DNA of 64,000 nucleotides from Bythopirellula sp. (GTDB lineage: Bacteria; Planctomycetota; Planctomycetia; Pirellulales; Lacipirellulaceae). The DNA is taken from assembly GCA_965216565.1 (NCBI GenBank), contig OZ244170.1, positions 1,376,001-1,440,000 on the forward strand. The letters run 5' to 3'. A model generated the notes under the pieces. That model was not told the origin of the DNA and ran no database searches. It saw nothing but the letters and a program-made list of their open reading frames with translations. Both the position numbers and the translations under genes were made by a program. This document shows positions 18,634 through 28,151 of this stretch, in pieces. Every line of letters starts with the position of its first letter. Within the stretch, counting starts at the first letter, position 1.

Positions 18634-19776
18634 ATGCTCAAGTTTATACCGTACGTACTGAAAAGCCTCTGGCGACACCGTACTCGCACTCTGCTCACCG
18701 TCAGTGGAACCGCAGTGGCACTGCTGGTGTTTTGTTTCATCGGTGCCGTTCAACAGGGGCTGTTGGCACTTACCGCAGGCGAGGATGCTGGGCGGACTCT
18801 GGTAGTTTTTCAAGAAAACCGCTTCTGTCCACAAAGTAGTCGGTTACCGCAAGACTACGAAAGCACAATAGCGAAATTATCAGGCGTGCAAGCTGTGGTG
18901 CCAATCAAGGTGTTTACCAATAACTGCCGAGCCAGCCTCGATGCGATTGTGTTTCAGGGTCTCCTCCCCACACAACTTAAAGCAAGACGAGAACTCAATC
19001 TTACGAAGGGTGACTGGTCTACCTTTGAGCAGCAAGATGACGCGGCGTTTGTTGGTTTAGATGTCGCTACTAGGCGTCGTTTGAATGTTGGTGACAAGTT
19101 CACTATCGGTGACATATCAGTTGTGGTTCGCGGGATTTTTGAGTCTCCAGTTGCCGCCGAGAATAATTTGATTTTTACTCATCTTGAATTCCTGCAGCGG
19201 GCACGTGGTGCCAACGATGTTGGCACGGTCACTCAACTCGAAGTGCATCTAAGCGACACTGCCGACCCCGATGCCTTAGCAAAACAGATAGACCAAGAGT
19301 TTCGCGGAGGTCCGGTAGCGACTACGACTCGAACCAAGGGCATGTTTCAAGCAGACACACTTGCCGACCTTGCAGAACTCATTGGATTCGTCCATTGGCT
19401 CGGCTATGCGTGCGTTGGTTTAGTGCTGTCGCTGGTAGCCACTACCACAGTGATGTCGGTGCAAGACCGCATCAAAGAGCATGCCGTCCTGCAAACGCTG
19501 GGCTTGCGTCCACTGCGAGTATTTCGCTTGGTATTGGTCGAAAGTTTACTGCTCAGCACCCTGGGCGGAATCTTGGGCGTTGCTGGAAGTGCGTTACTAC
19601 TGTCGTCGTCAGGAATGTCTGTAGCGGCTGAGGGAGTCACAATCTCTTTTGAACCATCGTTCACGCTGGCAATCCAAGGTATCCTTGTGGCGATTCTGGT
19701 AGGACTCCTAGCAGGGCTTGCTCCCGGATGGCACGCCTCACGAACTGAAATAGTACCCGCATTACGTCATGCTTAG
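18634..19776 (+). CDS. MacB/FtsX-like ABC transporter permease 2
   Basis: [13 protein letters not shown] and [12 protein letters not shown]; periplasmic Cys in RFCP and NNCRA. Confidence 0.92.
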   Translation: MLKFIPYVLKSLWRHRTRTLLTVSGTAVALLVFCFIGAVQQGLLALTAGEDAGRTLVVFQENRFCPQSSRLPQDYESTIAKLSGVQAVVPIKVFTNNCRASLDAIVFQGLLPTQLKARRELNLTKGDWSTFEQQDDAAFVGLDVATRRRLNVGDKFTIGDISVVVRGIFESPVAAENNLIFTHLEFLQRARGANDVGTVTQLEVHLSDTADPDALAKQIDQEFRGGPVATTTRTKGMFQADTLADLAELIGFVHWLGYACVGLVLSLVATTTVMSVQDRIKEHAVLQTLGLRPLRVFRLVLVESLLLSTLGGILGVAGSALLLSSSGMSVAAEGVTISFEPSFTLAIQGILVAILVGLLAGLAPGWHASRTEIVPALRHA

Positions 19777-19841
19777 ATGCACTGCCCAGGGGCGTGCAAT
19801 CTTGGCAAAAACTTAATTGTGATTTGAAGAGGAGGTCAGGG

Positions 19842-21260
19842 ATGACCCGACTGAATATATGCATGGCGTTTGGAGTGCTAATAGCAACAATCGGTTGTGC
19901 TTCTTCGCCTCAGCCAACTGAGAAGCTGCTAGATTCCTCCGCAAATCCGAAAAGTGATAGTGGCCCTATTGTCTCTCAGGTCGACTACGAAGAGCCACTT
20001 GCGGCTGAATTGCTCCAACCGCCAAAGGTTGTCGAACCGTTGGAAAGCAATCCGCGAGTCGATGCCTTGCCACAGGTTCCGCAGGCAGAAACTCTCACGC
20101 TAGAGGCATTGGAGCAACTCGCACTTGCAAATAGCCCGGCGATTGCTCAGCAGAACGCCCGTGTTAGTGCGTTACGTGGCAAGTGGGTGCAAGTTGGTTT
20201 GGCCCCAAATCCAACCGTGGGATACGTCGCAGGTGAGGTCGGTAACGATGGGGCTGCTGGACAACAGGGCGGCTTTGTTGGACAAAACTTCATCACAGGC
20301 AAGAAACTTCAGCGTAATCGAGCAATCGTCGCGGCAGAAATTGCCCAAGCTGAGCAGGAGCTTGCCGCTGTTCAAAGAAGAGTCACGTCCGATGTGCGAC
20401 ATGGATACTATGGTGCTTTGCTGGCTCAACGCAGAGTGAATTTGGCTGATGAATTGGTGCACGTAACGAGCGAAGCAGTTGAGGCCTCCAAGGCGTTGTA
20501 TGAGGCAGAGGAAGTTCCGTTGGCAGGTCTGTTGCAGACGGAGGTGCAGCAGCAAAAGGCTCAGTTGCTACTCAGGACTGCTCAAAACGGCTTCGACCAA
20601 GCTTGGAGAATGCTGTCTACAATTACCGGTAGCTCAGAATTGCAGGCACAACCGCTCGTCGGAGATATTGACGAAATTCCAGAATCAATCGAATGGGAGC
20701 ATCAACTTGCTCGACTGAAAACTGAAAGTCCCGAAGTTGCCATTGCAATGGCTAACGTAGACCGGGCTCGTCATGCATTGAATCGTGCGTGCGTTGATGC
20801 GGTTCCTGACATTAGCACGCAGCTCAGCGTGCAGTACGATGATTCCACAAACGATACAATTGCAGGCGTACAGATTGGTTTGCCCATTCCGCTCTGGAAT
20901 CGCAACCAAGGTGGAATCCGTCAAGCTCAGGCTGAGGTCAGCGAAGCAATACGCAACGTTGACCGAGTGGAGTTGGACCTGCAACGAAGGCTAGCCGACG
21001 CTTTCCAACAATACGCTGATGCCTACGTGACCACTGACAGCTACGCACGCAACATTTTACCTCGTGCGTTGCGGACCTTTGAGTTGGTCCAGCAAGGCTA
21101 TCGCCAGGGGGAAGTAGGTTATTTAGATGTACTGGCGGCTCAGCAAACCTTTGCACAGACCAACCTTGCATATCTTGATGCACTTAGTTCGCTTTGGAGA
21201 ACCTACGTTCTAATCGATGGCCTGCTGCTCGACGGGGGTCTTACTGCACTATCACAGTAA
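19842..21260 (+). CDS. TolC-family outer membrane efflux lipoprotein
   Basis: GGAGG SD; lipobox TIG|C; GLAPNP and PIPLWNRNQGGI motifs. Confidence 0.9.
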   Translation: MTRLNICMAFGVLIATIGCASSPQPTEKLLDSSANPKSDSGPIVSQVDYEEPLAAELLQPPKVVEPLESNPRVDALPQVPQAETLTLEALEQLALANSPAIAQQNARVSALRGKWVQVGLAPNPTVGYVAGEVGNDGAAGQQGGFVGQNFITGKKLQRNRAIVAAEIAQAEQELAAVQRRVTSDVRHGYYGALLAQRRVNLADELVHVTSEAVEASKALYEAEEVPLAGLLQTEVQQQKAQLLLRTAQNGFDQAWRMLSTITGSSELQAQPLVGDIDEIPESIEWEHQLARLKTESPEVAIAMANVDRARHALNRACVDAVPDISTQLSVQYDDSTNDTIAGVQIGLPIPLWNRNQGGIRQAQAEVSEAIRNVDRVELDLQRRLADAFQQYADAYVTTDSYARNILPRALRTFELVQQGYRQGEVGYLDVLAAQQTFAQTNLAYLDALSSLWRTYVLIDGLLLDGGLTALSQ

Positions 21261-21673
21261 TGTTATATGACTCCCCCCATCACTTGCTGCAACTCCCGAA
21301 TCGAACCAAATCCTGCACCCCTCACGGAGCATCGTCTAGTACCTGCAAATGCTTGGATTGAGCAAGCCGTGGCGATTCGTGCAGTTCGATTAGGGCTGCA
21401 GGTTGGACAAACTGACCTCAAAATACAGACTCGCTAATTTGCACAAGTAGAGGAGACCGACGTACTTTAGGAATTTTGCTTCCTGCGTTCGAAGCGAAAC
21501 GCTAAAACACTTTTCCCTATTCTCTAAACCTAGAGCAATGCTGCGTTCTAGTAATGTTCGAATGCAGGCAGATTCAAGCTGCGATTTGGAGTTGTCCCAT
21601 GCTTTTTGGGCAAGGTTCTGTACTGTTCAATCTTAGCCCTCAACTAGTGTGTTTGCTTAACTGACAGGTAAGG

Positions 21674-22093
21674 TCACGACTGCCTAGCAAGCCAGTCTAG
21701 CACCGCCTGCTCAATTATCTCCTGCTGTGACCACGGGGATTTTCCGGCAAGCTTACGTTCCAGCGAAGTTCGCCTTAGTCTGTCAGCTGTTGTCGGCTGA
21801 AATCTAGTAGTGATAGCGACCAGTGGCTGCGAAAGTGCATTTTCTGTTTGGCTAGCGGGACTTTTCTTTTTGGATGCTTTACCTAGCTGTGGAGTTTTTG
21901 GCTTTGCAGGCAGTTTCTCTACGCTGGCAACTGCGGGGGCACTTTCAGCGACTGGCTTCAATGCGGTGATTGATGGTGCCCCAGACTCTTCAGACAATTT
22001 GTGCCTTTGAGAATTCTTGCTAGGACGAACGAACTCTTCCACTTCTTCGGTGAAGACCAGTGCGGACGATAAACCTCTTCTTGATTTATCCAT
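21674..22093 (-). CDS. Small ParA partner (ParG/type Ib centromere-binding-like)
   Basis: Overlaps parA stop; low-complexity N-terminus and RHH-like C-terminus (AITTRF...SQQEIIEQAVLDWL). Confidence 0.7.
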   Translation of the reverse strand: MDKSRRGLSSALVFTEEVEEFVRPSKNSQRHKLSEESGAPSITALKPVAESAPAVASVEKLPAKPKTPQLGKASKKKSPASQTENALSQPLVAITTRFQPTTADRLRRTSLERKLAGKSPWSQQEIIEQAVLDWLARQS

Positions 22094-22751
22094 TGGCAAC
22101 TCTCTTTCTGGTGGTCGGTGCGACTACTGGTAGCAGGGCGAGAATTTCCTCAAACAGAGCTTGGGCGTCCTTGCCTGCTTCGGTTCCAACCATGCGAGTC
22201 ACCACGGTGGCTTGCTGAGCCGAATCTCGAAACGCTTCTAACTCCCTCACCTTTGCCTTGGCAACAGCAATGCCAAGTTGCTGGGCTACGGCGGGCAATT
22301 CACCACTGATTCTGCTGCGTCTTCTAATCTTGTTGCAGACGACAAGCCCTGCTGGTCTCCCGGCATTGATTCTCTGAGCTGTCTTGAGTGTCTTGGTGGC
22401 ATCGACTAGAGAACGTAGGTCGAGTATGGACGGACCAACCGGAAACACTGCCAGGTCAGCCAGCAGCATGAGCGTCCGCGAGGTCTCGTTAATATCTCCA
22501 GGTGAATCACAAATGACAAAGTCAGAGACCCGTTTGAGAGCAAGCAGTCTTTCGGCAGCCACGTCGGGGTCCGTTTCCTTTACGACTTGAATGCTTGGTT
22601 CCGTTTCTGAAACCCATACCGAGGAGGAGGCTTGGTTATCAGAATCGAGTAACGCCACCTTCCGGCCAAGGTCATGCAGGTAAATCGTCAGATGCGCCGA
22701 CAGTGTCGATTTCCCAACTCCCCCTTTTGTGTTCGCAAACAGAATTATCAT
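22086..22751 (-). CDS. parA: ParA partition ATPase (short, type Ib)
   Basis: Deviant Walker A KGGVGKST, LLDSDNQ, ICDSPG; no N-terminal HTH; likely start ATG 22751. Confidence 0.93.
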   Translation of the reverse strand: MIILFANTKGGVGKSTLSAHLTIYLHDLGRKVALLDSDNQASSSVWVSETEPSIQVVKETDPDVAAERLLALKRVSDFVICDSPGDINETSRTLMLLADLAVFPVGPSILDLRSLVDATKTLKTAQRINAGRPAGLVVCNKIRRRSRISGELPAVAQQLGIAVAKAKVRELEAFRDSAQQATVVTRMVGTEAGKDAQALFEEILALLPVVAPTTRKRVANG

Positions 22752-22805
22752 AGGGCGACGATATCGTGAATTCTCCGAAGCTGGCAAGTAGGTTTCTTTG
22801 CCTGT

Positions 22806-22846
22806 TTGCAACGTTGCAAGATTGCTTACAAGCAAGCTTGTAAGCA
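22806..22846. promoter_or_regulatory. Palindromes upstream of parA, candidate centromere/operator
   Basis: TTGCAACGTTGCAA (22806-22819) and perfect 11-bp arms TGCTTACAAGC-AA-GCTTGTAAGCA (22823-22846). Confidence 0.55.
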
Positions 22847-23172
22847 TTTGAAGGTAGACACTCCTCGGCCTTCGCCTCGGTCAGCACTTCCTGCGGGCTG
22901 ACTACCGTCAAATCACGACGAGGTTTACCGACACGAGCAAATTGTGCCACGAGATACCCAGAGGGTAGGTCCATGCCTTCCGACACTCAGAAGCGAAATA
23001 CGACGGCCTTGATTTCGGCAGGAGTTGGGCCTGGTTTGCCATATCCACTACCAACTTTGCGAGCCGGGGTCACTTGGCGAGCAACCCCACAGGCATCATT
23101 TCAAAAAAAATTCCTGCTCGACTGAAGTGAGGCTTGAGGTTCCGTGTTTTGGCCAAGGCTCCCCGATAAGCC

Positions 23173-23365
23173 GTTTAGAATTGTTTAGAGAATAGTTTAA
23201 GAGAGTTTACGGCTGGCAACTCGCTGAAGTGGCTGGGGAATCGGCGAGTTGGGTACCCTTATCCCACGTGACAGGGTACCGTATCCCCACGAACCGCGAG
23301 TACCTTGATACCCCGTGCGGTGGGTACCGTAATCCCACGCGGCAAAACTTTGTGCCTGTGGATAA
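23173..23365. other. Putative iteron replication origin (oriV)
   Basis: GTTTA x4 AT-rich tract (23173-23209); four 18-bp iterons at 23251, 23274, 23298 and 23322; perfect DnaA box TGTGGATAA (23357-23365); immediately downstream of repA. Confidence 0.8.
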
Positions 23366-23375
23366 CTTTTTGGTG

Positions 23376-24434
23376 TTAGCGAGCGGCGATAGGGTTACTC
23401 GCAGCGTGTTTTTTACAGAAGCCGATAAAGGCCGCCTCGGGAGACTCGAGTTTTGTTTGCCGCTTGGCATTGAACTCTTTCCACATCTCATGAAGAACAT
23501 AGACATCGTAGCCCCCAGAGACTTTCCTTGCCTTCTCAAAGGCATCTGTGGACAGACTCAGGAATTGCATTGCTTGCTGAGTCGGTGGAGCTGATGCGGC
23601 AGCCGTACTCAGCAGTTTCCCAACCTTCACCGCATGGATGTACTGCTGACGATTGGAAGTTTCCAAGGTGAGCTTGTAATCCAGCAAGATGCCTTGCTTA
23701 ACAATTTTTCGTATGTCTTCCGCAAATCTCTTGTAAGGCCTCAACGTACCCGAACGTTCATGCAGGGTGCGAAGGTTCCATCGCCAGCCCTTGGCGTTTG
23801 CACCTGCACTTTTTCTGAGGAGCCGATAGAGCCAGCGTGCGTAGCCACTTTGGAGGAGAAAGTAATCGGGATGCAGCGTCAGCACCATCTTTCGGTCACA
23901 AACGGCATCATAGAGCCATTCCGGCAGCACGACCGTAGCGGCAATAAAGTTTGCTTTCTCGTCCCGCTCGACGTTGGCGTACTCGAACCAATTGAACATC
24001 GTCATTGGACGACTAGTCGCTCTCAAGTTCGTGGTAATCGTCGTATTCTTGAGCCGAGCAATCGTTTTGACCAAGCGTTTGTACTCGTCTCCTCCAGTAT
24101 GCCTGCGGACCGCCTTAAGATACCCGTAGCGAGTGAAGCGGATTTTTCGGGAGACTTCTTGTCCCTTGTTGATTGCTTGACGCAGCTGAGACAATAGCCA
24201 GATTACCAAGTCATAGTCCCAGATATTGGCAATGCCGAAGGGCTCGCCTCCCGACACAATCACTTCCACGCCGTTAGGACTCGTGTACTCAATAGGTCTG
24301 AAACGTGGCTTCTTCGAGAGGCTCAAGAAAGGAAACTCCATCGTTTCGCGTGCATCTCGGGAAGCAATATCTGTGAAGATTGCGGAAAAGAGTTCTAGTT
24401 GAGCATCCTGAGGAGGTGGTTTACGAAGCGTCAT
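23376..24434 (-). CDS. repA: Plasmid replication initiator protein A (RPA family)
   Basis: MEFPFLSLSKKP, GIANIWDYDLVIW, LPEWLY, YFLL.SG..RWLYRL.RK; GGAG SD before ATG 24434. Confidence 0.9.
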   Translation of the reverse strand: MTLRKPPPQDAQLELFSAIFTDIASRDARETMEFPFLSLSKKPRFRPIEYTSPNGVEVIVSGGEPFGIANIWDYDLVIWLLSQLRQAINKGQEVSRKIRFTRYGYLKAVRRHTGGDEYKRLVKTIARLKNTTITTNLRATSRPMTMFNWFEYANVERDEKANFIAATVVLPEWLYDAVCDRKMVLTLHPDYFLLQSGYARWLYRLLRKSAGANAKGWRWNLRTLHERSGTLRPYKRFAEDIRKIVKQGILLDYKLTLETSNRQQYIHAVKVGKLLSTAAASAPPTQQAMQFLSLSTDAFEKARKVSGGYDVYVLHEMWKEFNAKRQTKLESPEAAFIGFCKKHAASNPIAAR

Positions 24435-24740
24435 ATCTCCGTGCATAGCACGTCTTGATATTCCGCGTCCACTATTTTCTACGGTCCTGAATAACCACAA
24501 CTCTGCGAATGCTCGAGTCTTCCTTCGTCGGCCTGTCATCGTCGGGGCTGCACCCACGGTCTGAGCCTCGACGATGATGGGACGTAAGAAGGAAGACGCT
24601 ACCGTCCGAACTCAACGCAGTCTCTGTGTTCTGGTTAGAACTTCCTTTGTTGGTCAGATTCAGAAGGGGTTTGTAAAAAAAAACTTGGAGCAGCAAGCTG
24701 CATCCAACTCAAGAAACGGGTTCCTCTTCTCTGTGTGTGC

Positions 24741-24770
24741 AAAAAAATGCGGGGCGATTTCTCGCCCCGC
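24741..24770 (-). terminator. Rho-independent terminator
   Basis: Minus strand reads GCGGGGCGA-GAAA-TCGCCCCGC-ATTTTTTT, just after the stop at 24794. Confidence 0.8.
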
Positions 24771-24793
24771 TGGGGTGGAGTACCCCGTTAGCC

Positions 24794-25060
24794 TTAGCTC
24801 TTCTTATCAGTTGCTGTTTGCTCGAACATCCAGGTTTGGGCAAGGTCAGCTACTTTGCCAAGGAGCAGCAAGTCGTCTCTTCCAAACGAATCACTTTCTC
24901 TCCAACCCTTGTCCTCTTTGGTACGCTTATCCTCCGCTAAGCGGTAAATGCGTGTGAGCACAGCGTTGTAGCGTTGTCCGTTCTGCGTGTCGTTGGCCCA
25001 GATGGTCGCCTTGATGGAGCCAAGTCGGATTTCGTGGGCTGGTTTTTTCTTGTCGTTCAT
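24794..25060 (-). CDS. Small conserved protein, putative PC4/Whirly-like ssDNA-binding (paralog of 54722)
   Basis: AGGAG SD; HEIRLGSIKATIW.N...W..S.SFGRDDL pattern shared with 54722-54988; fold assignment is inference. Confidence 0.8.
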   Translation of the reverse strand: MNDKKKPAHEIRLGSIKATIWANDTQNGQRYNAVLTRIYRLAEDKRTKEDKGWRESDSFGRDDLLLLGKVADLAQTWMFEQTATDKKS

Positions 25061-26649
25061 TTTGTTTTCTCCTTTGAGGTTTGGCGAAATTGCCTTTCAC
25101 AGAAACCAAGGCAATTGGCAGCAGAAACTCAAATGCAGGAGAAAGCGACCGAGTGAACGCCAACTGAAAAATCGCCTCGAAACTGACGTGCAACTCTTCA
25201 AGACATCTGGGCAAAGTGACATACGCCAGGGCCACGCACACTGTTTAACGCATTGGCTAGCCGGGGATGCTACTCAAGAGAATTAGGTCGGGAGAGAAAT
25301 GCCAGAGTTGGAGACGTCTTCATGCCTCCTGCAAGTAGCCGTAATGGCTCCCTGAAATTGGATTTCAAACAGTGTTTGCTTAGAAAGCTTCGAACGGGGT
25401 AATATCTGAGCCCTGCGGATGAAATAGACTGCCGCAATTGTTGGTATTCACTAAAACGTGAAACCACCTTTTGACGACGAACAGAGACGCGGTAAAGCTG
25501 GCTATCAACCAGCCTAAGCGTATTTGGGGTTCATCTCCCAAGGATTTTCTGTCGTTGGTAGAGCTGAGTGCATCGAAAGGTGCTCGCTCATGCTCGACGG
25601 TGGCTTGTTGAACTAATACCACTGCCTTTGTATGGCAGAGGAGTAATCTCAACATTCTAACCGATACGGCCATGCTCAGCATGGGCGAACAATAATGCGG
25701 GCGACACTGAAAGACTCTTGTTTGTTTTGTATTCAAATGAGAGCCGTCGTTCGAGAATTGGTGAGGCTTGGCGAGAGCCGAGCGCAATCCATCTGAGGGG
25801 AATGATGGGGTCACTGACCTCCTTTAACCTCAGCCGTCGCAGGGAGCTGCTCACTAGTGATAGTGAGTATCGGGGCAAGATTAGCCTCGGCGTTCTGGAG
25901 AAATGCCAGACGGTGAATAGCTCAACTGTAATAGGCTCGCAAGGGCTTGATGGTAAGTATAGAAAAAGTGCTTAGCCAAGAATGCTTGCTGCAGGCCGAT
26001 AGGCTGTCAGCAAGTGGCGAACAACCAAGTAAACGCAGTAAGTTCTCTTTGTGTGTTTTCGGAACTGAAAGCGAGCTGGTGTTATGAACCAGTTTGGTGA
26101 GTGGCATGGTGGGGACACCATGTACAGTTTACTTCTGGGGTTGCGACCCCATACGGTCTGCGTAAGCTAGCCAGCAGATTTTCTATGCAACTCGTTCGAC
26201 TAAAGTGGGAAGCTCTCTTGCTGCCGCTAGTGATGTAGCGGTGCGTTGTCTAGTCAACAACGTGTCAGAAACCGTCTCTCTTTGGAGTGCGGGCAAAGCA
26301 GGAGAGTGGGAGTGGGCTGCAAGTAGAAGAGCAATCAACACGGAGGAAACTCGGTGCGTGAGAGCTGCGGTGTTTTGGCTGGCAGTCAAGACCCGTTTCG
26401 GTTCTGGGGTGATGCCCAGAGCGGTAACGAACGACGAAAGCAGCGACCGACCAGTGGGGCTTGCCCCGAGGTCGTCAAAAGGTGATGGGCTAGGGTTTGG
26501 TTCACACCAGACCCTAGCCGCTGTGGTGGCGTGTTAGGCGGATAAAAAAGACGAGCTAGGGATAGCTTGTGTTTTTTGTCAGTGAAGAAACAAGGGAGAG
26601 GAGAGGTTCGCTTTGCGAACAAATCTTTTCCCTAATAAAATGAAATGCG

Positions 26650-26674
26650 TTCAGTGCAATAGAATTGCACTGAA
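26650..26674. promoter_or_regulatory. Perfect 11-3-11 palindrome, candidate operator
   Basis: TTCAGTGCAAT-AGA-ATTGCACTGAA, about 220 bp upstream of ORF 26892. Confidence 0.5.
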
Positions 26675-26891
26675 ACCAGTTGGAAATACACACGTTTGGC
26701 ACGAGGCCAAACGGTGATTTCTAAAGATGGAGGTTTCCGAAACACGGTTCCGGATGCACCGTGGTGAGGTTCGTTGCAGGATGCAACCAAAGGATTTATC
26801 GATTGACTTGAGCTTGTCACTAAACAGCTCTTCTTCACTTAAGCGGCAGCTCTTGGGTATTGGCTGACGCTCAATTGAGGAAAGCAAGGCA

Positions 26892-27629
26892 ATGAAAATC
26901 AATCCACACTACAAGTACGTGGCAACAACACGTACGGGCTTCGTGCAGCAGGTCGTTTGCAACTACGTTTGCAACGGCTATCGATTCCACGTCTCTGGAA
27001 AAGTCCCAGCAGGAAAGAATCCAACAGACGTCGATGAGAAGCTGCTCGACCGCTACTCGATACGCAAAACGGACGCTCAGCGTTACCGAGCCAAGCTCCG
27101 AGGGGAGGCTAACATTCAGTACATACGCTTTGAGCGTGATTGGCTGATGCTTGCTACCGAAGGGGAGCATCTATGGAAAAAACTCGAAGGAAAAAAAGAC
27201 AGCAAGGGTAAGAGCAACATCAAGAATTGCTCACGTGGGGAGCCCATCGAGTTTCAGGGCTATTCGATTTATCTCAAAAACGGTCTCTACAAACCGGTTC
27301 GCTGCAGGCGAGATAGAGCAGTGCATGAGCTGGACAATAAGAAGCGGGTGAGGGTGGTCATCGGTCGCGATGCCTTCAAAGACTTGAAGGCAGAGTTTAT
27401 GAGCCTGGCCAAGAAACGAAGTGCCAATTGGATAGCTGCCAAGTTCTGGCACGTGCCGTACGAGCCCTACGCTCCCATACGACAACAACTCTTGAAGATT
27501 CTCTTCTGCGTGAACCAAACACGGAAGAGTCACGGGATGCAAACGATTAGCACGAAAGTGATTCGATTCAAGCGAACAATTGTGAAACCGTTTGAGGAAT
27601 TGCCTGCTGAAAGTGAGGAAGCTGCTTAG
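26892..27629 (+). CDS. Basic hypothetical protein
   Basis: 245-aa ORF with GAGG upstream; K/R-rich with aromatic-rich conserved-looking blocks (GFVQQV..NY, PYEPYAPIRQQL). Confidence 0.8.
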   Translation: MKINPHYKYVATTRTGFVQQVVCNYVCNGYRFHVSGKVPAGKNPTDVDEKLLDRYSIRKTDAQRYRAKLRGEANIQYIRFERDWLMLATEGEHLWKKLEGKKDSKGKSNIKNCSRGEPIEFQGYSIYLKNGLYKPVRCRRDRAVHELDNKKRVRVVIGRDAFKDLKAEFMSLAKKRSANWIAAKFWHVPYEPYAPIRQQLLKILFCVNQTRKSHGMQTISTKVIRFKRTIVKPFEELPAESEEAA

Positions 27630-27662
27630 AGTGCAGCATCGCTGCTACACTCTCAAGACTTG

Positions 27663-28004
27663 TTAAGCAGCGGGTTGGTTTGCTGGGAACTCAATTTCTT
27701 CGGCAGTGTCGGATTGCTGGTCAAGCTCGGCTACACGAGTAGCAGCTTTGGCTACGCACTGCTCAAGTTGCTTGAGGTGCTTGGCGTAGAGCCTGGTTGA
27801 GTAGTTGAACTCAGGCTTGTCTCTGTCTGTGCCTGGCCGTGGGTAAGCTCGCTTCACCTCGGCATAGTGCGAAGAGCCTGAAGCGTTGTTAGTCACGTAA
27901 ATGTTGATGCCCGTTGCTCCTTCGCGGACGGTCTCAACGTACTTACTGTTCGTTTGTTTCTCAGTTTTTGCAGTGCTCTTAGAGCTGTTCGATGTGTCTT
28001 CCAT
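27663..28004 (-). CDS. Small protein, diverged member of the 24794/54722 family
   Basis: GGAGG SD before ATG 28004; same beta-beta-beta-helix pattern (VETVREG..GINIY...EVKRAY...L..L). Confidence 0.7.
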   Translation of the reverse strand: MEDTSNSSKSTAKTEKQTNSKYVETVREGATGINIYVTNNASGSSHYAEVKRAYPRPGTDRDKPEFNYSTRLYAKHLKQLEQCVAKAATRVAELDQQSDTAEEIEFPANQPAA

Positions 28005-28151
28005 GATATATACCTCCGTCATGATGTGCTGCGGAGTATACGACGAAGCGGAGTCTTACTCAAAAATTTCTCGAGCAGCCGCTTGCAGCGATTTAGGGAC
28101 TGAGTAGAGGAGAGGCCAAGGCGGCGTGCAGCAAAAGCCAAAAACCTCTCA

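Noticed and set aside
22955..22967. TACCCAGAGGGTA as a fourth CsoR operator
   Set aside because: 13 bp rather than 15 bp and not upstream of a metal gene
23251..23339. CRISPR-like array
   Set aside because: 18-bp degenerate repeats with 5-6-bp gaps beside repA and a DnaA box fit iterons; no cas genes present
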